A stretch of 64,000 bases of DNA, taken from contig CM119372.1 of assembly GCA_051294905.1 (NCBI GenBank), positions 34,102,001 to 34,166,000 of the forward strand, read 5' to 3'. The position numbers were made by a program, and so were the translations under genes. This document shows, piece after piece, positions 52,029-64,000 of the stretch (the first letter of the stretch is position 1; the number at the start of each line of letters is the position of its first letter). The DNA comes from Botryllus schlosseri (Eukaryota). The notes under the pieces are model-generated. The model searched no databases. It was not told where the DNA came from and saw only the letters and a program-made list of their open reading frames with translations.

Positions 52029-53526
52029 ATGCGTGTACTTTTAATGACTCTTGTTTGGCTATTGCTTCATAACGCGGAATCGAGTGAAGTACCGGGAACG
52101 AAAGGCGCTGAAGATTCTGGATCACCGTCTGTCGACGGCAACGACCCACAAAACAGTACATTACCTTCGAACAAAAAAGATGAAAAACTACCGCCTGGAC
52201 ATGCCAAAGGCAATAGCAGCAGTAAAATTAAACCTAAAAAGAATAATGGTGACAAAGGTGGAATAAAGAATATGAAAGTCCCCGGTGAGACAAGGCAAGT
52301 GTCGCTTCTGAGCAGTCACTCACGTTATGCGAAACACTGTCCGTCCCTGGCATTCGATTTGCGTCGATAAGAAAGGTTCATGGGGTCCCGGGAACCTTTA
52401 TTTGTGTTGATCATCACGCCAGTGTCAACTTCTTTGTTTCATTCGATGGGTAATGATTCACAAGGAGTTGACAATAGGCCATCTACAACAGCAAGCATGT
52501 AAAGTAGGCTACGAGGTGTAAAATGTCAAAGGATATGTCCACCGACAATGCAACCTCTATAACACCAACGAAATTAAGTTTGCAAAATAAATTTGACTTT
52601 GTTAACAATTTTGACAATATTTTGACCTAACACTACAATTTTTACAAAATTTTGACTTTTCAGCCACGTCAAAATATAACTGTCCTAGTTAACATGTATA
52701 CGATTTAGATTTTAACAGCATTTTTTCTCAGCAATATCTTTCCCTTGTTTTTTAGGTACCACAACTGTCCACCAGGATGGCGCAATTGCGTCCAGAAGTG
52801 AATCTGCCCACACAGGTAAAATATCCGCCTCTACTACGGAGTAATGCGCAGCACTCCCATATTATGCATTGGAAGCATCATGTGAAGAACTTCCTCTTTA
52901 CCTACGTCACAAACAGCTTAGCCTTAACTACCGCTTCCACCTCAGACGCTACTAGGCCCACGAACCCCCACCAATAGAAGTTCTCGAAGGCACGTGGCAT
53001 GAGATATACAGCATCATGAACCCAAAATTCAATACCCCCAACATGACCAGGAATGCCACGTCTCCCAATAACCTCGTACTGGAAAGAAAATCGCATCCAG
53101 ATTTCACGACATGGTTGATGCAATCACAAAACGTTGATCTAGACCTGACAAATATCATTAAAAAAGGCATCACACCTCTGTCGCATAAACCCATAGTCCT
53201 GGACTTCATATTCGAACGCTATAACGAAGTCATTGAAATATACACTTGACGGCTTTAAATCAACAGAAGGAGCCGGTTATGCGTTTACTATCCCGTCGCT
53301 GATGATAAACTTTTCTGAACCTTGTTCGATTTGTTGTAAATGGGTCTCCTTAAAAGCATCTTGGGAACCACTTCTAGGTGTTGAGTCCTTGATTTGGCAC
53401 CTTTTCGTTAAGCATACATTAGGCAAATTTATGTTTGCCTACGATAATTATCAAAAAATACACATTTATTTTGCAGAACTCATTGATGACCAATCCATGG
53501 AGGGGACGAAAATTTGCTGTGAATAA
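52029..53526 (+). CDS. Gene A, copy 3 (121 aa; extra Asp in exon 3)
   Basis: Same structure; ELIDDQ versus ELIDQ. Confidence 0.55.
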
Positions 53527-56500
53527 TCGGCATACGGGCAAAATCCATTATTTTCTATAATTAAGTCGTGTCGGTGATTGTGTATAAGTATTTATTGCAT
53601 TTCATAATTATTTCGATACGGAGAAACCTGATTATGGATTTGGTGCGAGTCTTATGCGTTATCTGAAAAGATAGCGAAGTAATTATTCAACGCTCATTTG
53701 TGTCTACTGCATACTGATAATTGACTGCTGTGTGATATTAAAGAGTGTTGCGCAGGCTTACGTGTTACGTGTGTGCTTGCTCAATATTTGCAAGAGGGTT
53801 CGAACCTCCGTTACTTAGCCCAGCTTGATCGTTACGCCAGAAACAGTAATATCGATTCCAATCCCGATATCCACACCAGTGATGAGCGGATAGTAATTTC
53901 TGAGAATCCGAATCCGTCTGACAGCTCGCGTATCTGAGGAACTATCAGTCCGAATCCGAACAATCTCATCCAAAAATCCATTCGAATCCGAACAATGTCG
54001 TCCAGAATACGAAAAGTCCGAATCGAATAACTTTTCCGAAGAATCCTGATTGCACGACTGAGCCGAGATACGATTAGGGCGTAGTCTTCACAAAGGCTAA
54101 GGTTAGGGTTTGCTGATTTGTATGTGCTTGGACCATTTACAGAACAACTTTAGAGTACTACCAGTCTTATCAGAACGTGTTTACTGTCCGTGTTTGGTTG
54201 TTCAGTTCAAATGACAAATCACGTCTGGTAAGAACTATTCGAAAATATCCGAAGCAGAAGTTACAACTATCCACAAATATCCGAAACAAAATATGCAATA
54301 GAATGCGAATCCCATCAGACTGTCTCAAAATTGTGCGAAATCAGGCCGGAACCCTATCCGAGTCCGTCCGATGCTCATCACTGATCCACACATGCTTGAA
54401 ATGCCAAGAGTGAACACTCTTATTATGTCGTATCGATACGACGATTATACTTATTGCCAGATCTACATAGTTTATCTGACATGTACAAAGCAATACTACA
54501 AACGTGAAATATGTTATAGGCAGAGGTGGTCAAAGTAGTCAAGAAAGCTACTCAAGTAGAAGTAGAAGTAGCGACGAAAAAATCTACTCAAGTACGAGTA
54601 GAAGTACTTCTTCCATAAGCCACCTAAAACTACTTGAAGGAAAGCTAGAATTGACTGACGTTAAATTTACTCAAGTAAGTAAGTGGTTTTGAAAACAGTC
54701 TCAATTCGTTCGCACGGACTGTCAAATGCTGCAAATTGAGCTATGCGGAAGATGCAGAGAGATTGATTCGTATTGATGCATCCCAGGAGGTATCAATTTG
54801 CGACAGAAGAAGCATTCTTTAGCATCATGGGATGCAAATGATAGTAATGATATGAAAATGCGATATTAACCTTGTTTACTAAGAGACACCATTTTAGAGA
54901 ATATCATGGCATGGCGCCCTACATCATGTTATAAGGCCCCAAGTTTAGGCGAAGAGCAATACGTAGAAGTTGCATCGGATACGGTTTCAACATTTTGCGA
55001 GATTGGTATACAAATATTGTATGCAAATTAGTATACAAATATTGTGGATCGTAAAATTTATATTTAGTGTAGCTTTATTTTCGGAAAATAGAGGCATTAC
55101 TACACTTGCTTTTATGCTTCAACATGTATATTCTGCAGACAAAAGAACTGAAAGTAATTAGAACACAAAGTATGATACTCTGAGTATCATACTCGGAACT
55201 GCAATTGAAATACAAATACTTCAAACACTTCTAAAAAGCGGAAAATATATTTCATGTCTTTTGTTCATAAAGCTTCAAAGGTAGGTAATCTGCTAAAAAA
55301 GGCGTAGCGTTCCAAACAGCCAGAATTTCCAGATTAACAGGACACGTCATGGGCTGCTAGATAACGATAGGTAATTGCTAAATTGCGAAACGGTGGTTTC
55401 AAACGCCATATTTACTGTGATGAAATATTTGATATGGGTGACGATGCAGTATGAGCGGAACCATAAGCAATCTGGTACCTAAATTATATTCATATATTTG
55501 GCATTCCATATACTGTGCGCGAAGCGCAATAATATTTCTGGGCTTTACTTTACTTTTTTAATATTAAATGGTGGCCCTCCGTGAAACCAGCCCCGAAATT
55601 CCTCAGGCTATCTTTCGTATTGGGGGGTTAAACTACTTCTACTTGACAAACTGAAAATAGCGAAAAGTAAGTAAGTAGATCACAAAATATTACGAAGTAG
55701 TAATAGAAGTAGAGAAAATCATATCTACTTGAGTAAGTAGCAGAAGTAGAGGAAAACTACTTCAGTACTTCCAAAAAGTAGAAGTGCATCGTTACTGACC
55801 ACCTCTGATTATAGGCTACATGATGAAGAAAAGGATTAATTCAATTGTCCGAATTTTTCGCTGCTGATGGTGAAGATTAATTTTACGGAATGACAGTTTT
55901 AAAGTTGCAACCCTCTTACGGGCCGTGGTAATCTTTATTATTTATCTTGAGCTAATATGTTCACACCACACGTTAAGACTATCCATGAGTTTTCGAACGG
56001 TGAGCATCGGGCGGGCCACTAGTAATTACTTACTTAGTTAAAGCATGCTGTTTTGTCGCGACTTCCGGAAAATGTTGTCGCCACTCAAAAGTTATCTCAC
56101 GCGTACCACAACTCAATAAAAAATTGGTAAGATACGCACGGTTCCCAATTTGCATTTATTCACAGCGCGCAAAATTTATTCCTCTGCTTCTTAGCATTTG
56201 TACCGTGGGACTCAGATTGCAATTAATGAGCCATCCCGCGCGATCTTAGGACAAGGTTCTAACGCCGGCGATATTTCTGGGATCGCACTTCGTGTTGGCT
56301 AAGACATATCTGCCTTGGTGTGTCTTTTTAGCGCCGTAAAGCTGATACCTAATAGTCCCGCAACCGCTGGCAGCACACGCATATAATTAGATTCAATTCT
56401 GAATATCGTGCGTTTCTTTATTCAGGCCTATTTTTTGATTTTTTGATTTATCAAGAGGCGGGCACGCTATAATTAACATACCACTGAAACCATATATCGC

Positions 56501-58874
56501 GCAAAGCGCGATGAAAAATTTCAAGTCGGATACATATGGTCAATAATAATAAACCTATATTAAGTTTTGAAAAATGTTCAAAAATTATTGGGAGCACGGC
56601 CCCATTCTCCCAGTCCTGGCGACGCCAGTGCTATTGTATATATACATAGGCCTATGTATTAATACCGCTAACAGACTGTTTTGCGATATTAAAGAAAGCT
56701 CGGTGGATTTACATGCGTGCTCAATACTTGCAGGAGATTGTAAGACACTAGTACATGTAGTGTTTTGAGGCAGAAACTGTATAATATCAACTGCAAATAC
56801 ATATAATTACACATTATTGAAATGATAATAACGCAACCCCTTCATAAGAAAACAAAAATCACAATTCGAGCTCATAACATTATGTCGCTTCGGTACGTCG
56901 ATTATACTTCCTTCTAGATATACATAGCTAATCGGAGATAATCAGATAAGCATAAAACAGGAATACTAGCGACATACAATAATATACTAAATATGATCCA
57001 GAGACGGGTCAATACAATCATCGAGATTTTTGGTTTCTGATGGGAAAAAATGTTAGCGAATGACTTGTTGAACGTGACAACTCCCTATGTATGGGATCTG
57101 GTAGTCTATAAGGACGATTATACACTGCTTACGCCTCTATACCGACAACAGCTCACCATCGCTTCTGAAATCAATAATGGTGACAATATCAGAACTTATT
57201 GCCAATGAGTTTACATCCCTGTCGGTATACATGCCAAGGCGATCACACGAAGACGAAGACGGTCATTAAATCTGTTTGTTTGTTTGAGGTATTCATTGTG
57301 TTTGTCGACTACTTTGTACATTTACACCACGCCAATTTTCTTCATTTTTATTCCGTAGCTGCCGACTTGTAGCACTGCCCACTTCCAGGCTTTTCATAAG
57401 ACACCGCTTACGCGGATAAGATGGCGAGGATGAGCCTGGATAAACCTCCAACACTTAGGTAATTAAATCTCTATTCGCAGTCGACTAGTCACGAAACATC
57501 TTAGGGTTCACGATTATAATAATTATTAATTGTAATCACTGGTTTGCCTGGAAAATAAGGATCACTTCGTGGAATAATTTTGAATTTCCTGAAGAGTTCA
57601 ACCCAAGCATTGCTCACCGAGGACTGACCGGTATAGCTGCGGTACCGGCGGATAGAATATAATACTAATCTGTGTGCTGCGTAGGCCTGCGGAACGCGCA
57701 TCCCCCAAACTGAAAAGAGAGTGGCCTCTCACTGTCTTCGAGCTTCAGATCCATATTTTAGTCAGTCTGACGTGGAATGCATAGTGCGGACGCTATACAA
57801 AATGGTAAATGGTAAGCGAGTAACAAATTGTGCGAATCCCTGGTTTAGTTAAATGCCTTGAATGAGCTTGAACTCGCCCGGCAGCTACTTTCCACCATAA
57901 CGTTGTAGCAAACTACAATGAATTGGCGAAGTATAAATGAAAATTAATTTCAAGGTCAGTGGCCATATCGATGTTCATTACTCACCCTCAAGCGGAATGC
58001 TTCGGATCCGTGTTCAGACAGCACAATCGAAAACAGAATTCCCATTTGATCAGGAATCCTAACTGGATTGGATCCGGATCTTCAATAACACGACCCTTGC
58101 TTGTGTAATTATAATTGAGTCACCGCGGTACGCCCGCGAAGCAATTTCAGGTTATGCTCGACTAATTCATAATTATTCACTTCGTTGCACGCATCTAGCC
58201 GTTGAAATATCGAGAGAGAGAGAGAGAGAGAGAGAATCTTTATTCGTATACATTACATATCAACATAACACTACAAAAAATGTAACAGTGAAATGCGACA
58301 TGCAAGGTAGACGGGAGGCTCGATATGACATAGTCTTCAGAGCCGAGCCACCCAGGACAGGAGCAATTTTCACAGTCGATAACTAATGAAAATCGATGTT
58401 TATGTGAGTAACGTAAACTAGCGATAGTCTACACTACATACGCATTTGGGCTTTGGGCTTTCCCAAGACGATATAGCTCTTCAAAATAACTTGGCGTATT
58501 CGTAGCCATTACTGCGACGAGCTGATGTGGATCAGGTGGGAATGAACTGGTATTAAGTATATTTGACTTGTGGTCATCAACGTTTCGGGATGCGTGCTAA
58601 GGTAGGCCTACCCAATAAAATGGTTCTACCCGTCAGTCACTCGAGAAGGTTATCGAATATTTGCACCGAAGGTCTTTGTCCACTAAGCGTCAGTAAATAG
58701 TTTTTCGTTTTATGGCGGTAATTTTAATATGAAACTGTCGCTCTTTTCCGAAATGTAGCCTACATGGTTATCCCAAATCGAGAAAATCAATGCTTATTGA
58801 CTGCACAACAAAACGGTATGTGAAACTTGACCTCAAGCTGTCGACAGGGCTGTTGAAATGAAGGCAATTGTTGA

Positions 58875-60223
58875 CTATTGGCGGGTGCTGTAATGCGCCC
58901 AAAAAGTGAAGCCACTTGACACCACTGTTAACCCGGATAGCATGTGCAGCTGGATCGATACGCATGCAAGATCTGTCAAGATATAAACGATCATTGTACC
59001 ACAGGCCAAACCAAAAGTTTGCACGACGTAAGCTGAATTGTGATCAATAAAATAGGTACCGGAAATCATATAGGCCTACACAGTCACTCTACGTAAAGCG
59101 TGCGTCGCACCCATCAGGATAGCCAGAACGGTCCGTGGACATATTGTGCGACCTAATTGACGGTTGCCAAATGGCAGCCACTGAATATCCAGATGCTTCC
59201 ACCACCAAACTCAGTATCAGTAGAAATGGCATCGGTGTGTAATTTCCGAGTGCGGTTACCGATGAACAGACAAGGAATGAAGTATATACGTGACGAACAA
59301 AACCTTATCTAAATGATCAACACCGAGCACACACGAGCCATAAGCGCGTGACATGTCCGACCAAATGAAACCAGCAATGAAGCCTTGCTGCAATAGGGCT
59401 GGAATGGTCAGCAAACCTGGCTTTGAAACCACGTGACGAATCAAACGTTAAAATTAATTTTTACAATCTACCATCAATTCCGTGAGATACCCCAAATTTC
59501 TATTTTCGCTTGACACGGCATACCATTGAACCAATATATACCCAGTACTTGAACTCCGCAACATAAGCACAGGTACATACGTATAGAAATTAACGTCGGT
59601 ACCAATTGTCTACTAGAATCAGTCGCAAACGCGTAATCAGACGGGCAATCGTTTGCTGCGCGTTTTGTCAAGTCACGAGTCGAGTCTGAGAAATTGGTGA
59701 AGTCATCAGTGATTTCCCTTTTTAAGAACAAGTCAGGCACAAGGCTGAAGATAGCTTGACCCAGCCCCAGAATGGCGACGAATATTCCGACAGCCGCTTC
59801 AGTACCGACTTGTTTGTCACTTGGCTGCGTCGACTGCGATATTGATGAGATTATGACTCCGAGTGCGGGCATTATTAGGCCCCCGCCGACACCCAGCAGC
59901 ATGCCTGCGGGCGTTACAGTCCAAAATCGAGGGTAGCCTATAGCAACGCTAGAGTAAATAACAACGAAGGAACTTGGCCTAAATGTAAGCACGCTTTCTT
60001 CCCCAAAATACTAATAATTGGTACGTAAATCAGCAGTGTCACAATGCAGAGAGCTTCGTAAACCACTACACTAATCGATCCCAGTTCCCAGTGCGCCCTT
60101 CACTCCAATGCTTCACTGTAAGGCAGTAAGATTGTACTGCAGGCCAGCAACCATTGCAAAGCCAATTGAAACTTCATAAATGCGTAGTTTAGCGGACATT
60201 GCTCTTCGCCCCAAATCCACCAT
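58875..60223 (-). pseudogene. UNC-93-like pseudogene, copy 3
   Basis: Same ORF fragments and lesions as copy 1. Confidence 0.85.
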
Positions 60224-63200
60224 TGTAAATCATATAAGCTGTTGTGTGCATATTAGATATGCAACACTCCGTTAAAATTCAATTGTGTGATCGATTATGA
60301 GCTGGTCTGATCGTATCAAACAATCTCGATTGTCGTCATCCAATCGTGACTATGCAAGTGTATAGGTAGGGCTGTTGAAAACAAAAAAAAATTCTTCCAA
60401 ATCTTTCTTGCTACCTGATTAAATTGTCAGGTTACCAAAAAAAAAACGATGCACACCAAATTTGACTCAATTCCAACCAGCAGATGCCGAGTTCTTACAA
60501 ATTGAAATTTTGGCCATTTTTTAAATAACAGTATTTACGGTGGCAAATTTCGTCACTCCAACATGACGAAAAATCGTGTTCAAGGCATGCCCGAAGGCGC
60601 AGGGATGCTTTTTCTACCCGTTTACATCTTGACAAGGGCCTATGGTAGAGTTTGGATTTTAACATCGTCAGTTAACGAAAAAAAAGATATGAGACGGATT
60701 AGCTGGAAATAAGTCGACTTCATTGAAATAGCTACGTGCAAATGATGGTGATATAATTTGCAAATAAAATACCTTTCACATTAAAATTAACGACCACGGA
60801 AACGAAATAAACTGACAAGCAGGTAAATACACGGTCAAATATATTTCTCAATTGATAGTTACGATTAGTAATCGTAATCGATTACGACGATTACAGCATT
60901 TTCAAGTAATCGTAATCGCAATCGATTACATTTGAAAAAATACCGAAGTAATCGTAGTCGTAATCGACTACTTCACATATCTAATCGATTTATTTGTTCA
61001 TGAACGATTACTTTATATGAGTGCCTTTATTTTGTACATGCAAGCTAATGAAAAGCTAATGAAGCTAATTAAGCTAATGAAAAGCTAATGAAGCTAATGG
61101 AAAGCACAATGACTATGACATAAACTGAACATTAGTGAACAAGGAGATATATGTGGCGCCAAAATGCCTATTCCTGTAACTTAGCCATGCTTTTATTCTT
61201 GAGGGAGTGACGTTTGAATTTGAAAATCAAGCAATTAAGAGACATTAAATTGCGACGCTCGAAGAACATTTTCAAGTTGATTAAATTTCTCGAAAATCTC
61301 TCACTCCCCACCGGGGTTGCAACCAAGTTACAATGTTCCGAGTCACCAGTCAGTCTCACTTTTTTAGTTTTGACTTGAGTCAAGTCGAGTCATTTTCTAT
61401 ATGTTCACTGTTCAGTTTTCAGTTCAATTCGGTTCAACCCACTTTTTTAACTCTGCTGGAGTGATATAGAAGACTCGCATTCATAATATAGTAATTTTCC
61501 TCAGCCTTAACACTTTGTGACTATATTTTCCGAGTATCAGAACTGATAGACGAAAAACCAATATTGTGTTACCAGAACTATTCTTCGAAGTTGCAATGAA
61601 ATGTCTGTCTTGAGTGCCCGAGTCTCGAGTAGCATGACTTGGTTCGAGTCATGGACAATGACTCGAGTACAAGTCGTGTCAATGCAAAAATTGACTCGAG
61701 TCGAATCGTTTTACGCCTTTGAAAAAATGACTCGAGTAGAGTCGCGAGTAACCAAAATCGCGACTCCAGTCACTACAACCATGCTCCCCACCCGATTGGG
61801 GAGTTTGGGGTACGGTAGTTACGGACCTGGCAAGAAAGCGAATGGGTGGATGCGATAAATCGTCCCCTATAAAGTTGGACATTCGTTATATTATGACGTA
61901 TTATGATGTATTATCTATAAATAAAGTTATCTCATTACGACTTTTCATCGCAATCATTATATTGTCTACCAATATCTTCTAAGATTAGTTCTAAGAAGCA
62001 AGATAAATGTAATCGTGAGTAATCGTGATTACTTTTCCAATGTAATCGTAATCGTAATCGTAATCGCGTGACACTGAAGTAATCGTAATCGCAATCGATT
62101 ACATTCATAAAGTAATCACCCCATGTCTGATCCATAGCCCATCTTAGTACCAGCCGGCTGCAGTGTCGTTGTTTTACTCCAGTTGCCATTAGGAAGAAGT
62201 CGGTGTCATCGTAACCCGATTTCGAGAAGGCAATAAGTCTACTAAGTTCAGAGTTTTATGGAAAATTATACCCAAAACACAGTTATTCACAGAAGCGAAA
62301 ACGCCAATGCGAAGCCGCTATATGCAGTTTATATGTAAAAATATATTGATTTATACAACCATATAATCCAAATATCTGTGGTTGCACTGCGGTGACACTT
62401 TCGGCTTAAAAGGTGCCACTGCCCAGCCTCCAGTCAAATCCGAATCGAGATTTAAGATTTATTATGAACCAAATTCCAACGTCTGCGTTTACTGTTCAAT
62501 CTCTTGTATTCCTCACCCATCTTGCGCAGGGCTGACTCCAGATTACGACTAAAGGAGACGAAGCATAGATATATGCCAACTTATATCGTCGTTAGCGCCA
62601 GTGTTTTGGCGGTTTATATCCGTATTCAACCGGCCAATCATGGTATTTTTGCCAATTTCATGGTCCGCGAATAAAATGTTGCTGCTTGTTAGAATAAAAC
62701 CCCTATGATCCGTGGTACAACGTAAAATACTATTATGTCTATATACTTGATAACAAAGTGAAAAAATAGAGAATCAGGTAACATTTTCGAATTAGTTGAC
62801 TGGTGCGGCCCGCGAGTGATTTGAAGGCTCGTATCTGGCCCGCGACGCAATTTGAATTTGACACCCCTGGTTTAAAGGATTGATAGATGTTAACCGGTAC
62901 TGACGAAATTGCATTTAATCGCGACATTTCGATTCATCTGGTGTGATGCACAGATTTGAAGCAATATTTCGTTGTCATAACAATCATTTGGAAATAAAAA
63001 TTCATGAGAACGAATGGTATAGCAATACGAATCACCGGTTTGACCCGAGTACATCGCTACACCTACTCGCACCTTGGCGAGTTGACCTTAATTGAGCCAT
63101 GTTAACCAATGATCCGAAAGATGTAAATTTGTGAGTGTCATCTAGGGCATGACGTACTCTAAGTAGGTCTATATATACAAGAGCAAATAAGTATAAAAGT

Positions 63201-63272
63201 TATTCACTTTGGTGGACAAAACAATCAGTGTGCAAACAATTTGGTATCACAATCGCTACAAGGCCAGGAAAT

Positions 63273-63541
63273 ATGCGAGTCAAACTGATGGTGTTCATCA
63301 CCATTGCCACCCTTTTGACCAACGGGACATGTTCGTCCGATACTGAAGAAAGTAACAGATATCGTTCTGACGGTTTGTAAATGATAAGTTCGACATCAAC
63401 TGAAAACGACAAATTGCAAGTAATTCCAGGTGCACATGGTGGTGAAATTACCCCTGTGAAGTGGTCTGCTGCGGCAAAGAATAAACTGCAATCGGAAATA
63501 TCTTACCGTCATGAAGACCGCATGGCTGGCAGAGAGACACG
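63273..63541 (+). CDS. Gene B, copy 3 (exons 1-2; exon 3 lies beyond the window)
   Basis: Same sequence as 16724-16992. Confidence 0.45.
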
Positions 63542-64000
63542 GTAAGCAAATATAGGCCCTACCCGAAGCGACATTTCTGCGCAACTCATTTGCAGAATAT
63601 TTTCGCATAACGTAACTCGAAGGTCTCGAGATCTTATTCAACAGTTATTCTCCCATTATTTAGTCAGTCGGATACTTAATTTCCTTTTTTCCCTTCATTT
63701 TAAGAGCATGGCCTTCTATAAAAGCAGGAACATCCCCCCTTCATAAAATGTACCGAGTTTTCATTCTCCGGAGAAATACATCTCCAATTATCGGCGATCC
63801 CATTGTGGTTAAAATTGAATAGTAGATTCATATTGAAATACACCCGCATATTTCGACTGACACTCGTCAGGGATACTCGTCAGCAAATAATAGAGAATTG
63901 GAAATAACATTGTATAACAGCAATCGCATAACCAAATCTGACGTCACCAGCATAAAAAGAATAATTGAGGCGAAGAGATCGCTTAACGACAATGTAATAT

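Larger units (their letters stand above)
46544..64000 (+). repeat. Tandem repeat unit, copy 3 (truncated by window end)
   Basis: Collinear with copy 1 positions 1-~17450; carries private SNPs and indels. Confidence 0.98.

Noticed and set aside
1..64000. Repeats as pure assembly artefact; tRNA/rRNA genes; prokaryotic systems
   Set aside because: Copies carry private variants and a TSD-flanked insertion; no structural RNA gene or operon-like coding density was recognised.

Overview
Eukaryotic, AT-rich, transposon-dense metazoan DNA (invertebrate; tunicate-like is a guess from repeat content only). The window holds about three head-to-tail copies of a ~21.7 kb unit (phase set by the window start: 1-21717, 21718-46543, 46544-64000 partial), >99% identical by eye. 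Copy 2 alone carries a 3098-bp intact Hermes/hobo-like hAT transposon (41958-45055) with an 8-bp TSD and a 647-aa transposase; copy 1 shows the empty site. Each unit contains a Galileo/P-like foldback element with a nested hAT MITE, at least five more hAT MITEs or fragments, an I/Nimb-type LINE RT-RNase H relic, a LINE 3' end, an intronless UNC-93-like (MFS) pseudogene on the minus strand, and two predicted spliced genes for small, possibly paralogous secreted proteins (120 aa and 80 aa). The most unusual signal is a recurrent TA->TAGGCTA/TAGCCTA/TAGGCCTA micro-insertion. It is present in copy 3 only at one site and explains two lesions in the UNC-93 pseudogene, consistent with excision footprints of an unseen GGC...GCC-ended, TA-targeting transposon. 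All homology calls are from memory of family motifs; no searches were run.
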